NCBI GenBank assembly: GCA_965203295.1
Contig: CBDBCZ010000015.1
Location: 448,001 to 512,000 of the forward strand
Reading direction: 5' to 3'
From: Nitrospirales bacterium
GTDB lineage: Bacteria; Nitrospirota; Nitrospiria; Nitrospirales; UBA8639
DNA: 64,000 bases
The notes under the pieces: model-generated
What the model saw: only the letters and a program-made list of their open reading frames with translations
Told to the model about the DNA's origin: nothing
The model's database searches: none
Program-made: the position numbers and the translations under genes
Shown here: positions 49,233 to 63,560 of the stretch, piece after piece
Position numbering within the stretch: the first letter of the stretch is position 1
Layout of the letters: every line of letters starts with the position of its first letter

Positions 49233-52200
49233 TTACTGCAGCCGGCATCCTAAAAAGGATAAAAGTACAGAAGCATGTCAGTGACAGTTAGTAACCGCTT
49301 TAGTATGGCTCGAGGCATGTAGTTAGTTTGTCAGTAGCTTTACAGGATTTTAAGGCAGAGATGTGCTTGGTATACACTTCAAGTGTGTGTGTATGCTTGT
49401 AACACTTACTTGATTCAGAGGACTCTGATTCATCACATGGTCTCAGACTTGTGGATTTCTGCCCATGCGAAAAAAGATGTTATTACATATGCCTTAAATT
49501 CAAATAATCATCAACTGCTTGTAACTAACCTGGCTCAGCAAGGATACTTCTTCGGCCCTATTGAGGTAAATTTGAGCCTAGGGAAAAGTACAACCATAGG
49601 TTTTACTACGAAGCTTATCACATCCTTCCTGACAGCAATGTTTGTTCAGCCCTAGCTGTCCCCTTCACAGATGACTGTTGATGGTACACTCACATAGATA
49701 GTACTATATATATGAGCCCAAACATCTACTTTGCAGAAAAGCCTATTTGCGTTCCTGTCTCCATCTACCTATACATCACTCGTTCATTAGAAATGACTAG
49801 TGTAGACATACACCAGGCTATAATTGACTCAATCCAGATACAATGTAACACCTTGAGTATTCTGATACACTACAGATATAATGTTACAGTATGTAAATAC
49901 ATATATGTAGTACATACTTCTGACTTCAGCAGCTTCTTTTGCTCTCTTGTTGATACGTCTGCAAGAGGCATACAGGTATACTATGCATAAATCTGCAATG
50001 AACAAGCTGTTGCATGGAAAGTATACATAGCACTAAAAAACGTTTGTGAGAAGATAGACTAATTAATAACCAATCGCACTGCTAACAGTAAGTGTAACGG
50101 AGCAGACTAGATGTGCATTATCACATGTAGATGCAGATGTAATAAATTATGGCCTGCAGCTTAACATTAATTATACCATTAAATAGAAGCATGGTGCCAA
50201 ATAAACTATGAAGAATGGCTTTTAGGTCATTTTCTCATGTATCTGACAATAGTCCGGTTCCAAGGACTTCAAGCATTCTTGGATTATCCCTATGTACGTA
50301 CCACTCTTTATTCTATATTCACGTCTCCTCTTTCTCTGGTGACATTTACTGTTTCTCTACTCACTCATTTCTCAGATTAGACGCCATGCTAATCCTTCTC
50401 CTTGAAATGGCTTAGATCTATGTATGAATTCTCAAACCATACCACACCTTTGCTCCATCTATTATTACGCCTGGTTGTGTACGTTCGTGTGTGTGTGTGT
50501 TCGTGCGTCCGTGCGAAAACGGAAACGGAAGCCACATGTGCGCGCTCCTGGATGAACTTTCACCTGTGACCAGAGAAGTTCACGGTCACAGGTCAAAGTA
50601 CCACGTGCCTGTATTTAAAATTGTATTGCAATGTTTGACAAAATGCTGCTTGAAGTGTGTGTGTGTGTGTGTGTGTGTGCTTGTGTGTGTGAGAGAGACA
50701 GTACGTATGACGAAAGCAGGATGATCCAAGGAAAGGAAAGCAGTAGGTATTTTCATCACGGTATTTTCTGCTTAGGTGTACCCTGAAAATGTACACCTCC
50801 ACAAAGTGATAGTGAGAGATCGAGTCACTGCAAGGAGCAGCCGTTTGTCAGATGTATATAGAACTGACATGTATGAAGTGATAAAACTTGTCACATCAGA
50901 AGCAAGGCTGTCAAGGAACAATCAGCAACAATCCAAGGCTAGGTATGGGATGAATCGTCTATTGAAAACATAAAAGGCCATCAAAATCTGAAGATTTGGA
51001 ACATTTAACTCGTATATGTGTGGTGTTACCATGCACCGTAATGCTGACATGAGGAAAACTAAAGACCGTTTTGACTATCCTTCTTGAATAACATAGCAAA
51101 TCAATTAAGCCACGTGATATTGTTAGTCATCTGTCAGCAACATGAATGGGCGTAACAAATTAGATGGAAATAAGCTGAGCATGCACATATGTAGGCTGTT
51201 GGGCATGTGTATACTGATGATAAACATAAGAAGCTATTTGCTGAGTTTCTTTCTCCTCCTGGGAGCATTTTGCCTTCTGTCAAGTGATCAGGGCTGTACA
51301 GCCAGTCATGTTGTTATTTGACCGCTATACTGCATTCCTGGGATGTAGTGTTTGAAAGTTTTTTCGTTTTGTATTTTTTTTTTCTCTCTGGAGGCCATTG
51401 ATCCCATTTGCCACATCATGGTCTGATGCCAGGGAACCACCAGTTGGTGTAACATTGGGGGCAATTTGTGGTCAAGGTTATGTCTTATATTCAGTGCAAG
51501 GGTCAGTACACCAGTGCAGCGCAAAAAATCAGGGCTGTCGCCTCAATAAGAGATAGCAGCATTTTGTGTGTCGTTGTAAGATTCGCAGCAAGTTGACAAC
51601 CACTGAGTGCATCTGAGAGAGTCTGCAGTGCCACGTCTGTCTGGCAAACAACTATCCCAGAGTAGCAAGTTAACAGTTGTAACTTGCTAATTCTTGTATC
51701 ACTGTAAGGCATAGCTGATAGCACATGTAAGCGCATGACTGCAAGGTGGCCAGCACCAAATGGAGCAAAGGAAGTTCACAGCATAATCTCGGGAGGGCTA
51801 AGCAAGCATCCAACATGCAGTGTTTAAGGGAGCTTGGCGAAAGATAGTGTTCAGCATAAATGAGTCAGCCAGGCAGTGCTGTTGCAGGGCGACAAGCATG
51901 CATGCAACAGCCACCATCACGGCGGGCATGAAAGCACACCTCAGGTGGCATGCGGCAAAACGCTGGCACCACCACTTTTGTCCATCTCGTAGTTACATAG
52001 CAAACGTCTATGACCCTCCCCTCCCTCATAGGCTAGAACCAAAATGCCTCGGGAGTGCCCAAGAACCCATAGCTCCTCAGCTGAAACGGAACCGACTGAC
52101 AGGCCCAAAGCCCCCGCCCCCCGCTCAAAGTTCAAAGTTCATGAATACCCTGAAACTCACCCTATTAAGAGCAGTCAGGTTGCAACAGTACAAGTGCATG

Positions 52201-55200
52201 TAGGGCTGCACACAACACAACCACACACATGCACTGTCATGTCAAACACAACCACAAATAATGATAATAATAATAAAAGTAGAGGGTGGCAATGCACAAA
52301 CAGTGGTACTGCACTGTGGACTCAGCCATCTCTATCCTGAACCATAAGATAATCCATTGAACAAGAAAAACCTTACTTGCATACTGTTGTACTCTATTGG
52401 AGGCTATAGTCGGCAGGACCTCTCATGGGTTGCAAGCTGTCCTACTTGATACCATCAATGCAAAACTTAGAGAGCCCCATACTAGCAAAACCATCATGTA
52501 GGTAGGTGGCTTGTGCTGTATACCTCATGAATAATCTCATTTGTGGGTTTGCAGCAACTCAATTAAGTTCTTCCAGGAGCATAATAACATAAGAAAAAGG
52601 TTTCTTACCTCATTATGCGCTCCTGGTTCTGCCAATAGGGTAGTTAGAGTATATGCTCTAAGTATAGGTTTGATCATGGGTGGCAAGCTCTATGATGGGG
52701 GAGCAAGCTCTATGAGCCTTTCGGGCTCATAGAGCTTGCCACCCATAATCAAACCCATACTTGGTACACGAGTGGGGTAGAGGATGTGGTCTAGTATAGG
52801 TTTGATCATGGGTGGCAAGCTCTATGATCCCGAAGGGCGAATAGAGCGTGCCAGCCATGATCAAACCTACTTGGTACGTGGGTGGGGTAGAGGACGTGGC
52901 CTAAATATGATGGCTTGTGTGTCTATGTTCGGCAAGATATAAAGCTCAGAAAAATCTGTCTCTATGGTAACATTCACCAACTATGGTAATGGGCACTGCC
53001 TTTGACATAGACAGCTATGGGCACCTTTCCATGCAGTATAGTACAATAGCATAGTAAAAACTGAGGGATAGTGTTTGGGTCACTCCTTATTATTTTCCTG
53101 AGTCCTACGTCCAGATTATTGCATACACAAATTATAGATATGCTCTTTAGACAACAAAGTTGACATGTGGCTGATCTTCATATTGGTAGTGAGATGTCTG
53201 AACAGTAACCAAAAATTTGATGTGTCAAAGTGCACGGTACGTACGAACAGAACAGAGAGCATTGACAGGTGAGGCGAACACAAGCTAACACATGCATTTA
53301 CATCTGTCAGAAGTAGCAATAAACTAGCTACAAGGCCAGGTCAGGCAGGGTATTCACCTTCCTGGAATGCTCACTATGTTTGAGTGACTACACATGCTTT
53401 GGCACCATCCAGTTTACCCTGTCACCATTAGGTATTATGGCAAAATGAGAATCCCACAACTGAACATAATTGCTTACCACCACTTAATGGAATTAAGATG
53501 CCAACAGCTTCCTTGTACAGCTCAAAAGCTTTCCTATAGTCTTGTTGTAACTCCATTTCATCTGCCAGCCTTGCTTTAACCAGTGCAGCACTGAGCTTGG
53601 GATTCTCAGCTTTCATTTGGTCTACATAATGAAGACAACAATCGAATTTTCCTAATAATTACACTGTAGAAATTTTCTTACAGTGAGATACTGCAACGGC
53701 ATTGTACACACAATGCACACACTGCCACATACACACGCATGCGCATAACAAGCATACTTTAAAAGTAGGTGAAGTCACTATCAATGATTATGTAGGCATG
53801 CATGGAGCTTAGGAGCTCACCGTAACCTTTATACACTTGGGAGTGTGGTCAATTTGAACTGAAAATTGAAGTCACCAATAGCAAGCAGAATTGAGTGGAT
53901 CACATTCACTAACTTCATGTAGTAGTCTGCTGCAGGCAATGTCTACTCTGGTGGCTATAATTGATTCAGTACCCTGGCTCCTCAACAAGGAATACAGAGC
54001 AAGTTAGCAATGTAGGATCTAAATTTATTAACCAGAATCACTCTTCTGTTCACTATCCAAGCTGCATGTTATCAATGCTTGTACATTTGGGTAAGGTAGA
54101 ACCCACCTCGTTTAATGCTCTATCATAATCATGTCGTAATACGGCCAACATTGCTAGGCTCATACATGTACGTACAACATCCAACAATGCTGAAAATATG
54201 CACACAATTTTGCCTCAAGACCCGATGTTATGTTCTTGGTGTTGTTGTTTTAGATTTTCCATACTTCCCTCTATACGTACGTTCCTCAGATATTGCAAGG
54301 TCACTAAGACACATACCACTGTTTAAAATTACCGAGTAATCTAGGTGGTTGTTGCTTCAATGGTCTTCTCAGTTTTAGCTGTTCTTTGAGGTACTCTGCC
54401 CTTTCAACATACTGCTTGACCTGCAGTGGAGGCATCAATGAAAATTGGACAGCTGTAAACATTAATGACTCAAAGCACACTTTCGGCATAAAATTACCTT
54501 CTGCCGTAGTGCTTCCCTAGTAGCACAGTCTTCTTCAACTAAAATTGAATAAAGAAAAAATATTATGATAAATCACTCTCGACTAAAGTAGATAAGAGGT
54601 GCAATACAGACTTGACTCTCGTTGCTTAACTCTTCCCAGGATTATATCAGTAATTAACAGAGATAGGTCACAGGAAAGGATTTGTACACTGGCATGCAGA
54701 ATGACTGCAATGCACGTGAGCAATGTATGTACATGTATGCTTATAATCACAGGAATGCATGTAGTTTGGTACCACACCACTACAGAACGGCCAGCCTTTG
54801 TCATACACGACAACAACACTGTTCCTTAGCTACCTTCCTGGACCAGATATTTTTTATAGATCTGGGTGAGGAACAGTTGGGTAAGAGGCCAGGTTGACTC
54901 TCACTCCTTGTTGTGTTACTGTATACAAGGACAGTGGTTACACTTGTCATGATCTCCCAGCTGAACATACATATAAATTGGAGATGTAAAGCCTTACACA
55001 CGTACATGTACGTATATATATATATATATATATACAGTAGCTGACAAAATGCTTAATATGTGTATAAGTAATTAGAACTAACATTCAATTGCAGGAATAA
55101 AGTACTCAAGAGCCTGACAGTAGTAATTCACAGCTGAGCTTATTTTTCCATCTTTGTCTTTTATGACTGCTTGGAGCACCAATGGTTTCTAAGTAAATAG

Positions 55201-58200
55201 GGAGTAATCAGTTACATTATACAGCATTTGTTTAGACATAATTAAAAACAAACAGACACCAAGTATGAGTTGCAGCATGCAGTCTTACACTAGTTCATGA
55301 AAGATCATGGAAACAACCTATGCACTTCTACAATAGAGCACTTTATTCACAAGGACTTGTACATACATACCGCTTTTGACAAGCTGTCAGGTCCAGGCAT
55401 GTGCTCTAGATCAATGAATGGGTGATTAAAAAAGGCATCAAATGATATTCTGGCATTTGGATCTCGTTGAAGAAGATTTTGCAGAAGATGCTTGCAGTGC
55501 TCAGATACTTCCGGCTTGGGAGGAATCTACATCAAATAGAACAAATAAGCACCCTAATACTGATTTAAGAAACTGCTATGTACAGTAGTACACGCATATA
55601 TATGTCAGCATGCATTTTAACTGGTTACACACACGTCGATTGTTGTAGATACTAACCTCAACAGATTTTTGGCCCAATAATTTTTCTTCTAACTCATCGA
55701 GCGTCTTTGAGGCAAATGGTGCAATACCAAATAGTGCTTCTAAAAGTGAATAATAGTATAGGGACTACATAATATCAAGTGACATATAGTAGAACCCCTC
55801 TTAAAGGATGCCCATAAAATAAGGACCTTTGTATTAATAATAACAGCCGTAGCACTTACGCCATCGAGCATGCACCCACATACGCAGGCACAGCTGGACA
55901 CTTCTGAAATAAGGACACTTTGCTGTGCCCCAAATATGCTGCATAGTTACTCCTGAAATGAAAATACCTCACTATACAGGACACTTTATCAGGTCCCCAA
56001 GGTGTCGGAATTCCACTGTAGTCAGGTTTTACTCACTAACACAAAACGTAATGTCTAATATGCATAGCCATATAGCCTCACACTCGATCAAGCCTTAATT
56101 CCCACACTGTTTTTTCACAGCTGTGGAAAAATCTTTCCACGAGAGCTATTTATTATAGTAAACACATCAGTGTATATTTCCCTGCATTAAGCATAAAATG
56201 AATGAAGATGAATAATGGTACCGTCAAGGTAGATGGAATGAATTGCCCAAATGTACCGTATTACTGGAGAATAGCCAAATTGCTATATTGGTAACAGAAT
56301 AATACAACAACCCATCAGGGCTCCGCACCCTCCCATCAGCCTCTCTATGTAAGCAGTGCTTCGGTGTACCACAGAGTACGTGTGATGTGTGGGTGCTTCC
56401 ATGGCCCATGACACAAGTGTCATGCAATGTCTTTCTTTAGCTGTTATAGCATGTATAGAGAGGCATTTTTCCAAACCATGGTGGGAGCTAGAGAATATCC
56501 ATAAGCACATTTTCACTAAATGTTCCACAAGGGTTTAGGGTCATTTGACTGCAGCTGTTCACACACTTTGCTAAACATATTAACTCCTCTACAGTGCTTT
56601 CTGCCAAGCCACTTCCCTCCCAGATTCCAGTTTACAGTACATATTAATGGTTAACAGAAGTAGTCAATTAGCAGGATGGGTACGAAACTTGACTGCCTAT
56701 CCCAACCCGCACTGCTATGAAAGATCAGTGTAACAGCACATGTACACATTCTGTATGCTATCAAAACGTTAGCATGTGTGTCTGTCCATCTATCACGGAT
56801 GTGATGTTACGCATGCGATTGGGCAAGAATATGCAAGAAGACCGTAAAGTCAACATATGAGTACTTACATGTGAGTACTTAGCACTTTGACTGCGGCATG
56901 CATTGGGATGCTCTGACAGCTGACGGTATCACTATGATGGCCTCAAATGAGCACACACTTATAGCAAAGGTTAATGGCTGTATAGTCCTGTAAGTGCAAA
57001 ACCGTGCACAGCTGTAACTGCTACGCTAGATGATGTGCATTAAAATTACAGTCAGTGCCGTTCATGTAGGCTGCGGCTATGAACAGCTAGGATCCGGTCT
57101 TAGCTTTCCTGTTTTGTTTTGCAGGTGTTAGCAGTCTCTCCTTCTGCAGTTGCTTGCAGTTTCTCGAGTTACTGCCTCCACAAGGCTCAGGCAGAAATCT
57201 GACAGCTACACTATAGTCAACTGCCACTGGCAAATGCTCAACGTTCTATATCACATCAATACAAAAAATACTTTGGCTACTATGCATGGTGTGTACACAT
57301 ACTATGCACTTTCCCCCCACTGTGAACAGAGTCAATTTTCAACACAAAAGTTGAGGCCTGAATATGGAGCTGCCTCCATGTGACTCAGTCAGCAGCACTG
57401 CTAACTGCCATTGGCAGATGTTAAATGTTCCACTGTGGTGACTTTTGTTTCTATCCATACGTACAAAGCAAGCGAGTTCAACTACTTGTAGAAAGTTCTT
57501 ATCACAATAATCCTTTCTGTGAGGAAGAATCACATCTCAGCAAAAAGCCAGACGTAGCCGTACATTAACAATGCACTCCAAGTCTTCCAGAAAAGTTTAA
57601 AGGTATAGACACAGAGCTATAAGTTCTTTAAGTAATATTTAGATACCAGTTGGCAGTGCATTACGGGATATAGTTAACGCCTGAGACCGTTACTTAATTG
57701 TCTGAGCGCACTAACTAGTCCCGTAATACACTGCCAACTGGTATCTAAAGTATTTAGTTCTCTCACTGACCTGAGATAGCCACGGTTCTGTTGGACGTTA
57801 TTTAGAAAAGTGTGCACTACGCGATTTAATGCGTGGTCATGTGATCTATTTTGAGTCTTCTGCTTCGTCGAAGGTCATGTGAGTAGCACTAACTTGAAGC
57901 AGTCAACAGTATCTATTAGAAGCATGAAGGTTTAGCCTTACTTTGCATTTGCTTGTCATGAGCTCTGCTTAAGCAAGAAACTGCAGAAGCTACATGCATA
58001 GCCAAGCTACGTACGATATTTGTCCTTAGCTCAACAGAAGACTATCAACCAGGTACGAGTATGTACTATGCAGAAACTATACAGATAGTTTTAGCTGTCT
58101 ATTGCAAATGTACGCTAGTGCTTATCTTATAACAATGGTTGTCAACACAGTTAAGGCAGAGTAGTAGTGAAATGTTTTGCTAAAGCAGTGTTAATGGCTC

Positions 58201-61200
58201 ACCATACAGAATTACTCCAACAGACCAGAGGTCTGCCTTAGCATCATACTGTTGACCCATCATGACTTCAGGTGCCTAATGGTAGTAGAGTAGAATAACT
58301 GTCCTTTTACTCTATGTAGCAAGAATATATACAGCAAGTACCAATGCTACTGTGCTACATAGTAATTGTCTACTAAAATTAATGATACAAGTCAAATCCA
58401 CCTGAGCCAAAATAAGTGCTCGTTATATGTAGTGTACATGTAGATATCCACATCTTAGCGGTGTCTGTTGTCAGAGGCTGCACTGCCATACATGTACTCC
58501 TACAGTGTACCTGCTTGCAGTGTCACTGTCTTTCTCTCTATAACATGCACATTGGGGTGCCGAAGATCTTCAATGTACTCTAACTCTCAATGAAGCATGG
58601 GGTTGAAAACAGTGCAACCGTTTTAACGTAATCTCTTGCCCACACTCAAAAATAAGCCCATAATAAGCAGCGCTATTGTGTATGGATACTATTGCAATGA
58701 AGTGTTATACCTTTGGCATGATTATTTGCAAAATATTATGCTACACTTTAGCATCTAGAATGAGTAAGCAGAGAAAATCTACAACTACAGCAACCTTATG
58801 TTTTTTATTGCATGGGTTTCCAAGTCATTTGCTTTTGAAACCCATAGTATCTTCTTTTCAATAGCAATGGAACGGAACCCCGATTCACCATTCCAATATT
58901 TCAGTTCCAGTACTGAATTGATAGTATTTACGTCATGCATGAGAGGTGTGTCTGACATGCCCACAGAGGTAGCCAGCCAGTGTAGTCATTTCTAGTCGTT
59001 GTATGTGACGGTGCTAAAAACAGCAGCTGACCTACAAATAGTCTCCAAAAAAATCTTCTGATGTACCTACTGGCCATCGAAACTGTCCACGTTTGTTGTG
59101 GTGAGCAAATAACTTTGAAGGAAGTTCTTTTAGCTTAAACCACAAGTTAATAACCTTCAGAACCGCATTCCCTTTCGATTTATAGCTTGTATTCATATGT
59201 TAATGGCGTAGTGGTTAGCAAGGTAATAGATACACACACACACACAAATTGAGTACTGCAACCCTCACTGCATATACACTCCAAGGGTTAACGAAAAGAA
59301 TAGTGATGCTGATAAGAAGGGCAACCCATTTTCAGATAATACAAAGTCACACTGAAGAGTGAAGACTGACAGCTGCTGTCATCACTGAGTGTTTTGCTGT
59401 TATTTTAGATGCACATTACATACAGGTGTGCTATATCAGACAAACCCCAAAAGGCTATAATTATGTATTGGCCATGGGTGGATATACTTTCGGTTGCACA
59501 AAAATCGATGGAAGAGTCACTATGACCATCTAGTGCAGCAGGGACTGCCTGTCCATTGCCTACAGAATCAATACATTACCAATTGTAAAATCCTCAAGAT
59601 TTAAAGAACTTTCCTGTTCACTTTCTGTAAGTAACTATTGGGTGGCCATGGCAAAAATCCACAAAGAGCTCCCACTGGCAAGCTGAAAACATGCCCATAA
59701 TGTGATTTGTTTTAAAGTGAGAAAGAAAGAATTAATTTGAAGAAAAGCGCTAGAATTTGATTGACTCCCCTTAGCTCTGGCAAGCAGCTACATGTAACTG
59801 CAAGACAGCAGTGATACTTGGTTGCTTTACTGGCAAGAAACAGTATGGTCACGTACATGTAAATATGAACAATGAAGTAAGGCGGCAGTCACTAGCTATG
59901 TATCTCTTCAGGTCATTCCAGTCTGCTTGATGTCACTTACCACACCAGCATATTACCTATGTTTATACTATACCTAAGTCATTCTAACCAATCAGATTTC
60001 AGCATTTCGCGTAGATAACGGGTCATATTCTACCGCGGGGAAAAATATACCCCGATTGCCTACGTGAAACGGTACCCGGTTCCGTTCCAGTCGTTCAAAC
60101 GGTGAGAAAGCTATAGTACTAGCTGGTGGCTGGGGGAGCCTAGGCAGATTGTATGGCGGCTATTTTACTCCTAAATCGTTGGAAAGTGATATGGAAAAGT
60201 ATGGTAAGCTACTGTTTTCTAGTTTCGCTGAGATTCTGTGTTTTTGTGCATGTGGTAACGCTGCCAGCCTTCCGTTTTGTGTCAAATGGCACTAGGCTCG
60301 GGATGGATGGTTACTTACTATGGCTGCTAGCTGTCGTTCAGTCTTGCTAGAGTTTCTGGGAATGTTTTCCTTGCTGTAGCTTAGCCTTCTACTCCGTCAA
60401 TCGAGTCTTGATGCTAGTTGGCCCGCTTGCTCTATCGTGCCGAACGGTGCAGCCTTCAAGCTTCTAGCTTTTCTTACAGGTCTACCAACTCTTGTTAGAA
60501 TGACTTAGGCATAGTACAAAATAGATAGATCACTGCGTAGCGGGTTGTATGACCCGTTATCTACCTTGGGAAAAGTTATTCTCCCTTGGAAGCCTCGAAA
60601 GTACCTCGGGCTTCGCCCTCGGAACTTCCTTGGCTTCCGCGGGAGATAACTTTTCCCGCGGTACATAACAAGTCATACACCCCGCTACGCAGTGATCTAT
60701 CCTATACATATACCACACTAATGTACATAATTATCCCCCCCCCCCCCCCCCCCAAAAAAAAAACAGCACCAGGAACAAGTTTTGGAAAAACCATCAAGCA
60801 TGTAGGGATGGAATCGCCTGACAAGGTAGGAATGACACTACAGAACTTTCATGGATTACCATCCCTACAACTGCCAACCACACACACACACCACAATTGG
60901 GACTACCTCATTTCTGTGACGGGATTGGACAGGACGATTCCGGAACATACCTAATTTCTGGGACAACGCTCATAATTAAGTATGTATATTATCAGTGTAG
61001 GATATGTTGTACGTGTGTAGTGGACATCAGTTATGAAGTGCGTACATCTAGCTACATTGTATATTTGCAAGTATGCCTGGTGGGATTGTCAGTGATGTGT
61101 GATGTGACTAGCTGCAATCATCAATGCACTCATGAACATGGCAAATGGAAATTGTGGTGTGTGCTGAAGGGAGTGTTGAATATACAGTGCAAATTGCGGC

Positions 61201-61612
61201 TTACCGCACTGTCACTAGTTTACCACACTTAATTACATAATATAAGAGCAGTCAAACAAAGACACACACAAGGAGCTGCATGATGTGACATGGAGGGGAT
61301 TGTTGTGTGTGTGTGTGTGGTTGGCAAGGTGTAGGGATGGTACTCTGTGTATCATGTATCATTCCCGCCTTGTTTGGTTACTTTTTACCATTTTACAAAA
61401 ATTATTCCATCACTACATGCTCTTTCATTTTTAATGAGTTTTCCAAAACTATATATTCATATTGCTGCCCTTTACTTTCAAGTGAACACATTAGAAACGA
61501 AGAAGAAAGTAGTCAGTTAAACTAGACTAAGTGTAATTTACCATGTAAAGTGGTGAACCCCTAAATGATGCCACATGGTCACCAGCACTCAGGTGTTGTG
61601 CCATACCAAAAT
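49233..61612 (-). CDS. ULK3: Serine/threonine kinase ULK3 (5'-partial: kinase C-terminal half, two MIT domains, CaaX-like end)
   Basis: Exons: 61542-61612 (DFGMAQHL...FRGSPLYM), 58203-58275 ([24 protein letters not shown]), 55657-55739 ([13 protein letters not shown]), 55371-55526 ([27 protein letters not shown]), 55083-55188 (MIT1, [12 protein letters not shown]), 54498-54538, 54333-54420 ([12 protein letters not shown]), 53478-53621 (MIT2), 49918-49958, 49530-49577 (AQIYLNRAE), 49410-49458, 49233-49249 (RCRLQ*). All are GT-AG with consistent phases. The N-lobe exons were not found and presumably lie beyond the window. Confidence 0.92.
52661..52980 (+). repeat. Palindromic element family C (two tandem palindromes plus body)
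   Basis: Palindromes at 52661-52761 and 52796-52869. Positions 52793-52980 are the reverse complement of about 35800-35980. Confidence 0.75.
55786..56020. mobile_element. Second pogo-type MITE copy containing a short LINE 3'-end insertion
   Basis: Matches 14492-14667. Positions 55833-55895 (TAATAATAACAGCCGTAGCACTTACGCCATCGAGCATGCACCCAC) match the LINE 3' tail. Confidence 0.7.
57629..57893 (+). repeat. Second copy of family A palindromic element, hairpin apex deleted
   Basis: Near-identical to 2360-2750 except that it lacks the palindrome centre and the GTGCACAC/TTAAGTGTGC internal repeats. Confidence 0.8.
59962..60701 (-). mobile_element. Palindrome plus sub-terminal-IR element (family B)
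   Basis: Palindrome at 60524-60701 and a 27-bp IR at 59962-59988 / 60494-60520 with 2 mismatches. Confidence 0.7.
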
Positions 61613-61849
61613 CTGAGAGGGAGGGAGGAGGTACCAATGCCAAGTGATTTGTAAGTATGTATATTATCAGTGTCTTTAATGTTCTACTATCTATGATGTT
61701 ACTAGGGCTTTCTATAACTGGTGCGAGTTGAGAAGTATGCAGTGGTGGTGGGTGATACCATTACCGATACCAGTGTCATTTTTGATACTTCAATGCTACG
61801 TATATGTATATTGCTGCAAAAATATTGGATTACAACACGTGGTGCCGAA

Positions 61850-63560
61850 GAAAATTGGTACAGTATTCTCAATATGAGAACAGGAACAGTATAGCGCAAG
61901 CATCGTTTGGTATTACTTCAAGCTTGAGGGTGGAAAAGACGCAACATGCAACCTATCTAATGAAACAGTTAAGTAACCTAATGAAGCACCTGATGCATGA
62001 GTAAACATCATGTATTGAGCAGCATGAAGCTAGTGCAGGCAAAGCAAATGCCAGAGGGCTGAGCAGAAGCAACAGCCAAAGCAGGTCACTCTATAAAGTG
62101 ACTTTAGAGCAATCACAGCTCTACAAAAGAGAGCTAAGTTAAACACATTCCAAAAACATTGATGAGGCTCTAATTAGGATGATGGCAGTGGACATGCAAC
62201 CAGCTTCCATTGCTGAGGTCAGGGGGGTCTACATTCTGCAAGTGGTTGATCCAAAGTACAAGCCTCCAAGCTGTCATACCATTAAGAGAACATCCTTCCT
62301 GATCATTATCAGAGAATTGAGGAAGGGGGAGAAGGCAAACTTGCTGCGGTCAAGAACTGTTCTCTGACTACTGACCTGTGGACTTCCCGAACTCAAAGAT
62401 ATATCACTGTAGATTACATGGATGAAAGCACACACATGCTTTGCACACCCCTAAACTTAATCATACAAGATTACATAAAGCTGATTCACAGTTGGATGAA
62501 ATCCAGAAGTGTCATGAGGTTGTACAATACTTCCATCAAAGTAGCAAGGTCACTGACGGAGGAATTTTCATTCAGGAAGCATAACAAAGTTGGAGCTATA
62601 AACAAGGCTGTCATTCTCCTTAAGCCATTTAAAGCAGCAACATGGGAAATGTCAGGTGATCACTACCTCACCGTCTCCAAGGCTCATTCCTAGGGTAAGG
62701 ACTATGGTTAGGGCTAGGCTTAGGTTAAGGGCTGGGAAGGGTTAAAATTAGGATTGGGAGGGCTATATAGCTATTAGGGCTAGGTTTAGGTTTCGGTTGA
62801 CTTCTGGTAATGTCAACCGACACTAGATTTTAGGAACTTGTCTTGAGAGTTAAAACTTCAAGTGATTGAGAATGCAACAAATTTCATCATACGTATCTTA
62901 CTGTCACTTTTCAGCAACACCCCCTGTTGAATCAATTGTGCAGAATGACGGGCTTTTTCTGATCGAAGTTTGCACTTTAAAACAAGTTCAGGAAGTTTTG
63001 GTTAAAACTTTCAGGAAGTGTTGGTAGTGAGTGGACTAATTTGTAGCAACTAGATTCCCTAAACATATGGAGCTTTCACTGCACCATAGATTGGCTGGTA
63101 TGTCCAAGCTCATACCCCTTTCAAGGTCCTGATAGCACCTATGGATAGCACCACACTTGGTGGTGGATGGTGTTTGCAGATGTGGCATCAGTTCCATACC
63201 ACAGAATCCAATCAGATGTTAGCAGCTTCCACCTTGCTGCTAATCAGTGCATACACTACTTGAAATAGCAGCAAGTGAGAACTCAACCCAGAAGAGGTGA
63301 ATGCAGTAACACAGAGTACAGAAAACAGTGAGGAGGCTAGCGAGGAGGCAAGCAGGCTGCTGAGATGACCTTCAAAAGAATACCATCTTAAGATGTCAAG
63401 GTGGTGATGCAGCAATACATGCAACAACACTGGGAGAAAGGATGCCACTCCTTTGTGGTGGCAGCAAAATTGAGGTCAATACACCATGCTTTAGAACCAC
63501 ATGTGTATTCCTAACACAGCATAGAATATTTTTCCAAGGCTGGTGAAATAATATAGTAAA
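61850..63560 (+). mobile_element. Degenerate hAT (ZBED1-like) transposase remnant
   Basis: Ordered fragments: WYYFK...NLMKHL (BED finger), MMAVDMQPASI, PKYKPPS, LTTDLWTS, LLKPFKAATWEMSGDHYLTVSK, PLLWWQQ, IFSKAGEI (dimerisation region). Many stops and frameshifts. It lies in a ULK3 intron. Confidence 0.75.

Noticed and set aside
52376..52630. Candidate extra ULK3 exons with GT donors
   Set aside because: The peptides have no ULK3 similarity, and 53478 splices in phase to 49958, giving the expected MIT2 continuation.
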